DNA of 62,446 bases, from the NCBI GenBank assembly GCA_021791245.1, contig JAJYWY010000003.1, positions 1 through 62,446 of the forward strand, read 5' to 3'. Position numbers and translations under genes: made by a program. Origin of the DNA: Candidatus Micrarchaeota archaeon. Lineage in GTDB: Archaea > Micrarchaeota > Micrarchaeia > Micrarchaeales > CABMGC01. The notes below the pieces were generated by a model that was not told the DNA's origin, made no database searches, and saw only the letters and a list, made by a program, of their open reading frames with translations. Below, one piece after another: positions 17,857-26,415 of this stretch; position 1 is the first letter of the stretch; each line of letters starts with the position of its first letter.

Positions 17857-17935
17857 TATCTAATACTCATTTTATCCATCTATCCATCTTCAGAGTCAAT
17901 ATTCCGTGGATATATATTGACAGAAATCTATGGAT

Positions 17936-18844
17936 CTATTCCTGCTTCCTTATCTTCATGAGCTCAAGCACTTCGTTAGCGTTCATGAGGGGTTTCCTTA
18001 CCCTGTCTATGTCATCAGTTGCTATTCTTGGGCATGCAGTGCTGACAAACGCGTCGAACTCCAGCATGTTATCCAAAGAATAGAAGTCAAAAGTATCTCC
18101 TATCAATATTGCGGCATCGTTTCCATTGCTTTCTATAATGTTCTTCAGCATCTTCGCAAGGTTCATGTTGTGCTGGCCTGTCTTCGTGCTCACCAGTATT
18201 CCGAATTTCCTTGCATCAATGCTTCTCATTATCTTGCCTTTTGATGCCTTACTATGTATCTCCCTGTATCTGTCGAGCCATTCCATCTTCTTTATGAATG
18301 GATCTATGGAGAGAAAAGGCTTTGTGGTTCCATATACGGCGCCCAGAGGATGGAATAGCCCTCCGCCGAAATATACAAAGCATTCCACTATACTGTCTAT
18401 TGTTGATGCGCTTCCGACATCGCATCCGAGTATCTGGCCATGCGCCTTTGCAAAGCCATAAGGCTTGCCTATGAATATTTCCTTACCGTTCCTTGAATAA
18501 AACTCCTTTACCTGGCCAAGCTGGTGCAGGTGCTGCACAGTTGTAACTATGCCTATCTTCTTGTATTCCTTGAGCATATCTAGCGAATTGTCTAGTATGC
18601 TCATGTCGGCATCAATTTCATATGGGACATATTCAACGTTAAAGTTCGCTTTTTTGAATTCGTTGTGGCCAAAATGCACGAGCTTGTCTGCCCCTATTGC
18701 TTTCGCTTCTTCTATTGCAAGGTCGCAGGCGCCGAAACTCGGAGTTGCAGAAACAAACACTTCGTTTCTTTCTTTTTCTAGAGCTTTGGCATGCTTCAGA
18801 GCATGCTGCTTAAGCCCTTCTGGAAATTGAAGCAATATTTTCAT
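17936..18844 (-). CDS. dph2: diphthamide synthesis protein Dph2 (2-(3-amino-3-carboxypropyl)histidine synthase)
   Basis: The N-terminus is MKILLQFPEGLKQHALKHAKALE...VFVSATPSFGACDL. It also contains FGHNEF, GCDVGSA and STACPRIATDD, with the conserved Cys residues of the radical-SAM-like Dph2 family. Confidence 0.85.
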   Translation of the reverse strand: MKILLQFPEGLKQHALKHAKALEKERNEVFVSATPSFGACDLAIEEAKAIGADKLVHFGHNEFKKANFNVEYVPYEIDADMSILDNSLDMLKEYKKIGIVTTVQHLHQLGQVKEFYSRNGKEIFIGKPYGFAKAHGQILGCDVGSASTIDSIVECFVYFGGGLFHPLGAVYGTTKPFLSIDPFIKKMEWLDRYREIHSKASKGKIMRSIDARKFGILVSTKTGQHNMNLAKMLKNIIESNGNDAAILIGDTFDFYSLDNMLEFDAFVSTACPRIATDDIDRVRKPLMNANEVLELMKIRKQE

Positions 18845-18868
18845 GCAATCCGTATATGTATTTAGGAA

Positions 18869-19399
18869 TTAGGCTGCCACTTTCCTTTCAATGTTTATCT
18901 TGTAAGTGCCTGAAAGCTTTGATGATGCCCTCTTAAGCGCTTCTTTCGCAACGTTTGTTTTATCGGCCTTTACCTTAACTATGAAAACATTCTGGTTTTT
19001 CTTTATTCTTGCAGCTACCATGGATGCCTTACCGAATGAGAGCGTCATTCCCTTAGAGATTCTGTCTGCGCCTGCCCCCATAGCCATTTTCTTCTCGCGT
19101 ACCACGCTGTGCGGATACGTGAGCACTTTCATGAAATAGTTGCCCGGAAGCTCCCTTTCAAGGTGCTTGTTTGCCACCTGTCTTGCAGCTTCTAGCGCAT
19201 TTGATCTTATCTGTACGTACTGGTTGGAGCTCAGCGTGGCGATTGTGTCGAAAGCGCCGGCATCCTTTCCCATATTGAAGACAAGAAGGCTCGTGTGCGG
19301 CAACGCCTTAACGTAGTTCTTCCTCGGTTTTTTTATCGAGTATCTAGCCCATGCCTGGCTGCTTATGTATCTCATGCTTCTTGCAGGTCTAAGCCTCAT
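18869..19399 (-). CDS. rpl10e: 50S ribosomal protein L10e (uL16)
   Basis: MRLRPARSMRYISSQAWARYSIKKPRKNYVKALPHTSLLVFNMG...MAMGAGADRISKGM is the L10e pattern. Confidence 0.9.
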   Translation of the reverse strand: MRLRPARSMRYISSQAWARYSIKKPRKNYVKALPHTSLLVFNMGKDAGAFDTIATLSSNQYVQIRSNALEAARQVANKHLERELPGNYFMKVLTYPHSVVREKKMAMGAGADRISKGMTLSFGKASMVAARIKKNQNVFIVKVKADKTNVAKEALKRASSKLSGTYKINIERKVAA

Positions 19400-19460
19400 A
19401 ATAATCCCTGTTAAATCAAAATGCAGTTCTTCTATTTAGTTGCGAAAGGTATAAAACATT

Positions 19461-19757
19461 TTAGAGAGTGTGGTTCTTTATCACTTTTATTGCCTTGTCT
19501 ATCGCTCTCCTTATATCATTTACATTCTTTGCGCCTGTGCATATTATCTTGCCGTTCTTGAAGATCAGCAAAGCGGTCTTTGGCTCATTTATCTTACATA
19601 TTGCACCTGGAAATTGCTCTGGCTCATAGTCTATGTCTGTTGAAGATTTAGCCACCCCGTAGAGGTCTATGTCAACACCGAGATCCGCGCTAGCAACTAT
19701 ATTCACTATTCTGTAGTCTGGATGCAACACTCTGGCTCTCTTCTTAGTTTTTGCCAT
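19461..19757 (-). CDS. single-repeat TATA-box-binding protein homologue ('half TBP', copy 1)
   Basis: 98 aa: IVNIVASADLGVDIDLYGVAKSSTDIDYEPEQFPGAICKINEPKTALLIFKNGKIICTGAKNVNDIRRAIDKAIKVI. This is exactly one TBP repeat (S1-H1-S2-S3-S4-S5-H2) with both DNA-kinking Phe positions (EQFPG, LIFxxGK). No second repeat is in frame or adjacent. Confidence 0.85.
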   Translation of the reverse strand: MAKTKKRARVLHPDYRIVNIVASADLGVDIDLYGVAKSSTDIDYEPEQFPGAICKINEPKTALLIFKNGKIICTGAKNVNDIRRAIDKAIKVIKNHTL

Positions 19758-19852
19758 TTAAACCGTTTATATATCCTTGCGCAAGGTATTTATAGATATT
19801 TTTATATATCACTTTGCTAAATATCCTGTTATCTGTTATATTAGTGTTTTAT

Positions 19853-20137
19853 ATGACCTCAAAAGGAATCTTCTCAAGAAGCACGCGGAAGCTTGCGAAG
19901 CATCACAAGCCATCAAGGCTTACTATAACCGAGAAGATAAAAAGCTTCAGGCCTGGAGACAAAGTAGTAGTTCTTCAAAAAGGCAATTTCCGCGACATAC
20001 CGCACCCAAGATATAGGGGCAGAGTCGGTGATGTTGTGGAGAGGAGGGGCTCGGCATATGTGGTAAAAATAGAGGTATCGAAATCAATAACTAGAAAGCT
20101 TATTGTACCACAGAGACATCTTGAGAGTGTGCGCTAA
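19853..20137 (+). CDS. rpl21e: 50S ribosomal protein L21e
   Basis: MTSKGIFSRSTRKLAKHHK...FRPGDKVVVL....DIPHPRYRGRVGDVVERRGSAYVVKI. I trimmed the start to ATG 19853 within ORF 19814..20137. Confidence 0.9.
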   Translation: MTSKGIFSRSTRKLAKHHKPSRLTITEKIKSFRPGDKVVVLQKGNFRDIPHPRYRGRVGDVVERRGSAYVVKIEVSKSITRKLIVPQRHLESVR

Positions 20138-20151
20138 TCTAAAAAATGTGA

Positions 20152-20346
20152 TTGCATATGGACGTAATTAAATCTAGCAATAAGAATCCTGTGGTGGTGG
20201 ACGTACTTGTTATAGACGATGTTCCATCTTTAGTACAGGAAAAATATAATCCTGACAAGCATGAGTTATTCATAAACGGGCTGAGAGGTACTCTAAGAAG
20301 GAAGCAGGAAGATAATAAAACAATAAGATTCGATGTGTATTTGTAA
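20152..20346 (+). CDS. hypothetical small protein
   Basis: 64-aa ORF 14 nt after rpl21e (TTG 20152 / ATG 20158). I recognised no motif. Confidence 0.35.
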   Translation: MHMDVIKSSNKNPVVVDVLVIDDVPSLVQEKYNPDKHELFINGLRGTLRRKQEDNKTIRFDVYL

Positions 20347-20537
20347 AAGTACTATTTTCTCCCAATGAGACATGAATTCTGTTACAGGGATAATTCTTTA
20401 GTTCATATATCCCAAACAGATAATATGGGTTTTATGCTTTACATAAAGTATTGATACACCCAATATAATAAAATCTGATACCCCACGCAGAAGTTGCCAC
20501 ATTTATATATCTTATGTCTTATTATCTACTGATTTTG

Positions 20538-20654
20538 ATGCAAATAAAAGTTAAGAAGAAGCACAGGAAGCTGGGAAAGGATTATAGGAAGAAAAAGAAA
20601 CTTTTCAGGCTCAAGAAAGATGCAAGGAAGAGATTTAGAACTTCCAGAAAGTAA
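20538..20654 (+). CDS. very basic 38-aa peptide (ribosomal-protein-like composition), unannotated by the ORF track
   Basis: My translation is MQIKVKKKHRKLGKDYRKKKKLFRLKKDARKRFRTSRK*. The TATA-like atttatatat at about 20502-20511 lies about 27-36 nt upstream of the ATG, which fits a leaderless transcript. Confidence 0.4.
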   Translation: MQIKVKKKHRKLGKDYRKKKKLFRLKKDARKRFRTSRK

Positions 20655-20864
20655 GAATAGGCCCTTGCTTCGATAAGCTGACATTGAAATTCGAAGAGTT
20701 TTAGGCAGTTGTATTTATTTTCATTAGCAGCAGCCTTTATTGCTTTAAATGCCAAAAGGCATATCGACCCGTTTAGCACCTTCAAAAGCTTGCCCTCGCA
20801 AAAGAACCATAATAATAAACGTTTTTTAGATAATCTTTATATAGCCTGAAAACGCAAATTATTT

Positions 20865-21176
20865 GTGGAAATTGACACTTCTAGCAAATATATGATATCT
20901 CCAATAGTAGAAGTGCTTGGAGGAGGAGTAAGAAAGGAGAGCCAAGGCAGGCATAGGCAAGAATCAAATACAAACTTCGGAAAAAGCGAAAATAAAGATG
21001 CAACATTTGGGCTTCTGCTTAGAAATTCTGAATCAACTAAGGCAAACCAGGCAAACAGCGGAGCTATGCTCCCATTAATAGAAAGCTCATCATTAGCTAT
21101 CATGGCAATAAAATATAACAGAAGAGGAGAAGCCGTAGGGAAGAACCAGGGCAATCGCATAGACAGGAAAGCGTAA
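20865..21176 (+). CDS. hypothetical low-complexity protein
   Basis: 103-aa ORF with a GTG start about 25 nt after the TATA-like ctttatatag (20835-20844). Purine-rich sense-strand composition favours it over the antisense ORF 20837..21199. Confidence 0.3.
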   Translation: MEIDTSSKYMISPIVEVLGGGVRKESQGRHRQESNTNFGKSENKDATFGLLLRNSESTKANQANSGAMLPLIESSSLAIMAIKYNRRGEAVGKNQGNRIDRKA

Positions 21177-21303
21177 TCCCTCTTGGCAAAGTATTGCAAT
21201 ATTGGTGGGCATTTAAGGCATATTGGTCTTATAATAAACGTAATGCAGCCAGATTCAGAAACTAGTTTCTATCAGAGAAATGGATGGGGCATTAGCACTT
21301 CCT

Positions 21304-21561
21304 TTACTCTTGCGCTTCTCCCGCAGCAGGCATGCTGCTTACTATTATTGTCTCTTCGATGCTTCTTACTCTCTTGTACGCGACGCTGTTTTTCATTAGC
21401 GCATTCCTAAGGTCATCGCTTCTTTGTATATTCGGTAGTTTTGAGAAGAGAAGATGCGAAACATTTCCGTCCTCTAGATTAAGTATAACTTCCTCTACAA
21501 GCCCCAGCTTCCTTCCATCAGTAGTCAATACGTTTTTTCCGTATAAATCAGATATTCTCAT
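21304..21561 (-). CDS. PRC-barrel domain protein
   Basis: MRISDLYGKNVLTTDGRKLGLVEEVILNLEDGNVSHLLF is the PRC barrel pattern. ATG 21561 is preferred because it avoids overlap with the upstream gene. Confidence 0.65.
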   Translation of the reverse strand: MRISDLYGKNVLTTDGRKLGLVEEVILNLEDGNVSHLLFSKLPNIQRSDDLRNALMKNSVAYKRVRSIEETIIVSSMPAAGEAQE

Positions 21562-21571
21562 ATTTTCACCA

Positions 21572-22114
21572 TCATATGTCAAGCCTCTGTATCTTCTTTG
21601 CAGCAAATATTCTTATAATATATTCGTTCAATTCGTTTGTGAATGATTTCGTGTCTTTTTTTCTCTCTTCAAGCTCTTCAGGCGTAAACAAGTGCTCGTT
21701 GTTTTCAACAAGAAAATCAATGTATTCTTTATTCATAGAATAATATTTTTCGTTGCATTTCCTGCAGATCAGTATCGGCACAACCGGAACTTCCTTTACT
21801 GATAAAATATCGCAAACATCGAATTCCCTGGCAATATCCCCCTTGCATTTAGGGCATTTTACGTATATGGATATGCCATTGTAGTCTCTCTTGAATTTTA
21901 AATGCAAAAAACACTCATGGCCAAGCATCTCTTCCAATATAATCTCTGGCGTCTTGTCTTTGAAATATGCCTGCTTCACAATTTCCCCCTTATGCGTAAC
22001 CTCTGTGAATAGTATGCCTGATTTCGTCCTCTCAAGCAGGGAACACTTGCGTACTCCATGGCTCATATAGAATTCTGTTACTGCACGATTTCCAGACCAC
22101 AATATGCCGCCCAT
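21572..22114 (-). CDS. zinc-ribbon protein, unknown function
   Basis: CPKC-x(27)-CRKC forms a four-Cys ribbon (YVKCPKCKGD...ILICRKCNEKYY). The gene is adjacent to the histone gene, start to stop. Confidence 0.5.
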   Translation of the reverse strand: MGGILWSGNRAVTEFYMSHGVRKCSLLERTKSGILFTEVTHKGEIVKQAYFKDKTPEIILEEMLGHECFLHLKFKRDYNGISIYVKCPKCKGDIAREFDVCDILSVKEVPVVPILICRKCNEKYYSMNKEYIDFLVENNEHLFTPEELEERKKDTKSFTNELNEYIIRIFAAKKIQRLDI

Positions 22115-22339
22115 TTAGTCACCTTCCTTCAATACATAGCTGCTTATGTCTTTCTTTATTATCCTGTTTCTTTTCTCTGATGCTGCGCTCTTAACGGCAT
22201 ACTTTGATATCTCCTTTGCCTTCTTTTCAAGCAATGCCGCAATTGCCTCAGCGCCATCATCGGTTATCTTCGCCTTTACATACTTCTTTATTATTTTCTT
22301 TATTACTTGCTTCGATATGGCTGGCATTTTCTTCTGCAT
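22115..22339 (-). CDS. archaeal histone-fold protein
   Basis: ISKQVIKKIIKKYVKAKITDDGAEAIAALLEKKAKEISKYAVKSAASEKRNRIIKKDI follows the HMf-type pattern (RIIK..GA.RVS.DA...L...LE.....I...A...A...GRKT....DI). Size is 74 aa. Confidence 0.6.
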   Translation of the reverse strand: MQKKMPAISKQVIKKIIKKYVKAKITDDGAEAIAALLEKKAKEISKYAVKSAASEKRNRIIKKDISSYVLKEGD

Positions 22340-22628
22340 TCAAATCAGCACTCAAGATCCTCATCATCAATCAGAAGATTTGGCTCATCACAGTTTTATT
22401 CTTCAGGCAAAACTTAAAAATACATCTATGCGCGGCATGTTCCACAAGCTTATTAAAAGTACACAATATTTAGGGATTGGCAATGGCATACATTGCAATT
22501 TTGTTGATTGAAGAGAATGAAAAGGATAATGCGCGCAGGCAAATGCCGTTTTACATAGATTGCATGGAACTTCCCGTATTTTTAGGGAATGTTAATAAAG
22601 TTTCATGCCAATATAATTTGGTGGTAAT

Positions 22629-22949
22629 ATGACAGTAAAACCTGTTAGCAAAGCTGATTTTGAGAAAGAAGTTCTGGATTCAAAGCTCCCTGTAATTATA
22701 GATTTCTGGGCTTCCTGGTGTGGCCCATGCCGTATGTTCTCTCCAATAATAGATGATGTATCAAAGGAATACGATGGAAAAGTCTCTTTTGTCAAGCTCA
22801 ATACCGATGAGAATCCTGATATCGCGGCTAGATACAACATAATGAGCATACCAACCGTCATGCTTTTTGAAAAAGGAGAAGTAAAAGCGATGTCGGTTGG
22901 CGTAATGCCTAGGGAATCACTCAAAAAATGGATCAACTCGAATATATGA
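22629..22949 (+). CDS. trxA: thioredoxin
   Basis: It has the WASWCGPCRM active site, is 106 aa, and contains IPTVMLF. Confidence 0.92.
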   Translation: MTVKPVSKADFEKEVLDSKLPVIIDFWASWCGPCRMFSPIIDDVSKEYDGKVSFVKLNTDENPDIAARYNIMSIPTVMLFEKGEVKAMSVGVMPRESLKKWINSNI

Positions 22950-22960
22950 TTGGTTAAGAT

Positions 22961-24232
22961 ATGGAACTATCGCAGCCCAGGGGTATGAGGGACTATAATA
23001 TATATGAGGCAGAAACAAGAAGGAACATAGTGGTAAAAATAGAGGATATATTCAAACGATTCGGATTCAATCCTCTTGAAACACCAGCATTAGAGAGCAT
23101 TGATATACTTAACGCAAAGGCTTATGGCGAGGAAAGCTCAAAAGAGCTTTACGTGCTTGAAGGGGAGAAAACAGGATTGCGCTATGATCTGACCGTTCCC
23201 CTCGCTAGATATGTAAGCATGAACAAAGACATTCCGCTTCCTTTCAAGAGATATCAGATAGGCTATGTTTGGAGGAAAGAAGAACCGCAAAAGATGCGCT
23301 ACAGGGAGTTTTTGCAGGCTGATATAGATATAGTCGGCAGCTCAAGCATAGCAAGCGATGCCGAGGTCATAGCAGCTGCGGCATATGCCCTTGAAGAGCT
23401 TGGCATACAGGGCTATACAATATTCCTAAACAGCAGGATGCTGCTAAATAAGATACTTTCATTCTTTGGGATAAAGAATGATAGGCTGAATGATGCAATA
23501 AGGATTATTGACAAACTTTATAAGATAGGGATGGAGGAGGCAGAGGCACAGCTGATGCCTATGTGCGAAAGGAGCAGGGAGCTTGTAGAATTCATGGCAA
23601 AGGAAGAAGAAGACAGTGAGAAGTTTCTTAGGCTGGCTTCAAACATGCCAGAAGCTGCTGCCGAGATAGATGAGATAAAGAACCTTATCGCCTTACTTAA
23701 AGAATACAATCTTAACAATAACATAAAGCTTGACATATCCATAGCAAGAGGCTTAGACTATTACACAGGGCTTATCTGGGAATTTGTTGTATTCGATGAC
23801 GGCGGCAAAAGACTGCCTACAATAGTATCTGGTGGCAGATACGACAAGCTCATAGGGATATATTCGGATAAGGATATGCCTGCTACGGGCATATCGATAG
23901 GTATAGACAGAATCATAGACGTGATGATGCACAAGGGCATTGGCGCATCCGGTAGGAGAAAAGTATTCATAGTAGTTATAGGCAGAGACAATTTGCCTTA
24001 TTCTATAAATGCCGCAAATGCATTGAGGTCGGCAGGGATATGTGCGGATCTTGACGTAACAACAAGGAACATATCCAAGCAGCTTGAATATGCTAACAGC
24101 ATGAAGTTCGAATACGCTCTGATAATAGGCAACAGTGAGAGAAATGCGAATAAGGTCAGGATAAGGAATCTTGTGGCTGGCGAAGAGCAAGATTTAAGTA
24201 TAGAAGAAGCAGTGAATATATTAAAAAGTTGA
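22961..24232 (+). CDS. hisS: histidine--tRNA ligase
   Basis: Contains PRGMRDY, LRYDLTVPLARYV, FKRYQIGYVWRKEEPQKMRYREFLQADIDIVG (motif 2), GGRYDKLIG and GISIGIDR (motif 3). Confidence 0.93.
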   Translation: MELSQPRGMRDYNIYEAETRRNIVVKIEDIFKRFGFNPLETPALESIDILNAKAYGEESSKELYVLEGEKTGLRYDLTVPLARYVSMNKDIPLPFKRYQIGYVWRKEEPQKMRYREFLQADIDIVGSSSIASDAEVIAAAAYALEELGIQGYTIFLNSRMLLNKILSFFGIKNDRLNDAIRIIDKLYKIGMEEAEAQLMPMCERSRELVEFMAKEEEDSEKFLRLASNMPEAAAEIDEIKNLIALLKEYNLNNNIKLDISIARGLDYYTGLIWEFVVFDDGGKRLPTIVSGGRYDKLIGIYSDKDMPATGISIGIDRIIDVMMHKGIGASGRRKVFIVVIGRDNLPYSINAANALRSAGICADLDVTTRNISKQLEYANSMKFEYALIIGNSERNANKVRIRNLVAGEEQDLSIEEAVNILKS

Positions 24233-24236
24233 TAGC

Positions 24237-24737
24237 ATGTCGAATTCTGAAGTAGACCAAATTACAAGGGAAACGCTTGAAAAGGGAGGCATACTTGCAA
24301 AACTTTATTTTGACATGCAGAGCGAGAAGCAGGATGACCTGCAGCCCATAATGGCGGACTTGATAAATAATAGGCTTCTAAAGATAAAAGGGGTTGTATA
24401 CTGCTATGGGAGCATAGATGAGCCGATAAAGATAGATAGTGTCTACACCACAAATGCGGAGGTTACCGCCCTTTTCATAGGGATAGGGCCAATGATAACG
24501 GTTATCTTCAACTTCGTTCCTGCAGGCATAGAGATAATAAAGCCGGAACGGGAGCTGCGCCTCAAAATCAATGAGCTTCAAAGCCTGATGCTTGAAATGT
24601 CGCAGATATCCCTAGACTACTCTAAGTATATATTGGAGAAGGTTATGACAAAGGAGGACTATGCGAAGGTAATGGAGCATATGAGGAATAGAGAGGATAT
24701 AGGAAGGAAGCTCTTGGAAAAGAAGGATGAAAAATAG
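24237..24737 (+). CDS. hypothetical protein
   Basis: 166-aa ORF 4 nt after hisS. I recognised no motif. Confidence 0.45.
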   Translation: MSNSEVDQITRETLEKGGILAKLYFDMQSEKQDDLQPIMADLINNRLLKIKGVVYCYGSIDEPIKIDSVYTTNAEVTALFIGIGPMITVIFNFVPAGIEIIKPERELRLKINELQSLMLEMSQISLDYSKYILEKVMTKEDYAKVMEHMRNREDIGRKLLEKKDEK

Positions 24738-24870
24738 CACCGATACCATTCCAAATATGGACAATGAATAAACATTAAGGACGAGGATTAATTCTTCAGC
24801 ATAGCACCAGATGCTACAACAAATCAGGTAGCAGAAATGGGATGTAACTTCGCAGCTCAAATTGGCGAGT

Positions 24871-24923
24871 TTAACAATGTGGGCGGGAAATCCCACACCA
24901 TTCATGGGCGGGAAGGAGGTAAC
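24871..24923. repeat. conserved 53-nt intergenic element, copy A
   Basis: ttaacaatgtgggcgggaaatcccacaccattcatgggcgggaaggaggtaac aligns without gaps to 30970-31022, with 44 of 53 identical by my count. Confidence 0.7.
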
Positions 24924-25007
24924 ATGTCTAAACCAAGAGTCTATGGACAATTCTGCCGCATAAGATAAATATAAATAGATGAAAAATAAAATATTATTGC
25001 GATATTT

Positions 25008-26414
25008 ATGGCATTATCCAAAACGGAAAAAACTGAGGAAGAGCTGAAGGACGATGCTAAAATTAGGCGCGAGATGGGGCTTCAGCTCCTATATGCAATA
25101 ATAGAAGCGCAGGATACCAGGAATTATGAGAAAGTTAAGAGCCTTGTAAAGAAAGGGGCAGACGTAAATGCAGAGAACAGGGAAGGGCAGACTCCGCTCA
25201 TTGTTGCTGTAAAGCTGAGGGATTTGGAAAGTTTCTCAATCTTGATATCAAAATACCCAAATATAGCGAAGGCGGACAGACTTGGAGAGAATGGCAGGGG
25301 ACGGGCAGCTATAGGATATCTTGACAGTTTCAATTATTCAGACAAAGCAACCTTAAGAAACAGGATTACAGAAGACCCGTATTCTGCGACAGAGATAGCC
25401 ATGTATTCGGTACTAGATTTTGCGTTTAAAGCAGCAAAGGATTTCCAGGATAGCATAAATAAAATGACAAATGAAGAAAAGCGAAATCTCGATGCATTTG
25501 GCAATAAGCTTATGGAAGATAAGGAGAATAGAAAAAATGAGCTCGGAGAAACAATCGATGCAATGATAAACAGCCTGAAAGATTTATATGCATCTACGCC
25601 TGATGCCGACAGGCACAGGCTTGGGACAGCAGCGTTAATAGATGAATTGGATAGGTTAAAACCGAATGCATTGAAGCTTTTGGAGCATTACATGCCTGTT
25701 GAAGACGCAATTGCGCATATAGGCAAAACAGGCACATTCAAGCCTGAATATGAAATTAAAAATGTTGAGGAAGAAAAGAAGGCAAAGGCCATACCTGAGA
25801 AAGCCAATACCATACTTGAGGATCTAAAGGAAGAAGTTGCCGCCCCGGTATATTTAAAGTACATGGAGAAGCGAGCTGCCGAGATAGAGGAAATGCTCAA
25901 GGGAATAATGAATAAAAAAGGGAACAACGAGCCTTTAGAGGAAGCGGTGAGAGCACTAAACCTTGAGATGGGGCATTTTGTAAGGGATCATAATTCCGTT
26001 CTGCGCGCGGATAAGGTCACTTATGATATAAACAACAAAGTAGCGAACCTTATAGAAGGCTTAAATGCAAAGATCTTAGAAGTTGGCAAGGCGCTTGACA
26101 GGAAAGTGCTGAGCGTAAACGTTGGCAGCATGGCTAAAGAGAGCATTGATGACCTGCTCAAAGATGACGAACTGCTATTTGCAGAAGCGAAGCAGATAGA
26201 AAGTATAACAGAGGTTATTTGGAAAGAGATGATTAAGGATATAGCAATGATTTCCAAAGCACATGGCATCTCCGAAGACACATTTTATAAAGAGTACCTG
26301 GAATACCACAAGATGCTAATAAAGCTCAGGGAGTCGCTAATAGGGATGCAGAGGAACAGGCCTAAGAAGGCAGAACCTCTCAAGGCAAACCTGATATCAG
26401 AAGAAGCGCAATAA
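25008..26414 (+). CDS. ankyrin-repeat N-terminal domain + long helical/coiled-coil protein
   Basis: LLYAIIEAQDTRNYEKVKSLVKKGADVNAENREGQTPLIVAVKLRDLESFSILI has the ANK consensus (G.D.N......TPL..A). The remaining ~380 aa are Glu/Lys-rich and helical. Confidence 0.6.
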   Translation: MALSKTEKTEEELKDDAKIRREMGLQLLYAIIEAQDTRNYEKVKSLVKKGADVNAENREGQTPLIVAVKLRDLESFSILISKYPNIAKADRLGENGRGRAAIGYLDSFNYSDKATLRNRITEDPYSATEIAMYSVLDFAFKAAKDFQDSINKMTNEEKRNLDAFGNKLMEDKENRKNELGETIDAMINSLKDLYASTPDADRHRLGTAALIDELDRLKPNALKLLEHYMPVEDAIAHIGKTGTFKPEYEIKNVEEEKKAKAIPEKANTILEDLKEEVAAPVYLKYMEKRAAEIEEMLKGIMNKKGNNEPLEEAVRALNLEMGHFVRDHNSVLRADKVTYDINNKVANLIEGLNAKILEVGKALDRKVLSVNVGSMAKESIDDLLKDDELLFAEAKQIESITEVIWKEMIKDIAMISKAHGISEDTFYKEYLEYHKMLIKLRESLIGMQRNRPKKAEPLKANLISEEAQ

Positions 26415-26415
26415 C

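Noticed and set aside
20350-20537. Possible C/D-box sRNA (AATGAGA ... CTGA) in the gene-poor stretch after the 20152 ORF.
   Set aside because: The C box has a mismatch in the conserved core. No C'/D' pair or terminal stem could be found, and spacing is atypical. This cannot be supported by eye.
20582-21199. Minus-strand ORFs 20582..20785 and 20837..21199.
   Set aside because: The first is antisense to the basic mini-ORF and has no upstream promoter-like element. The second is antisense to a + strand ORF that has a correctly spaced TATA-like box. Neither has any recognisable motif, and even the + strand call is weak.
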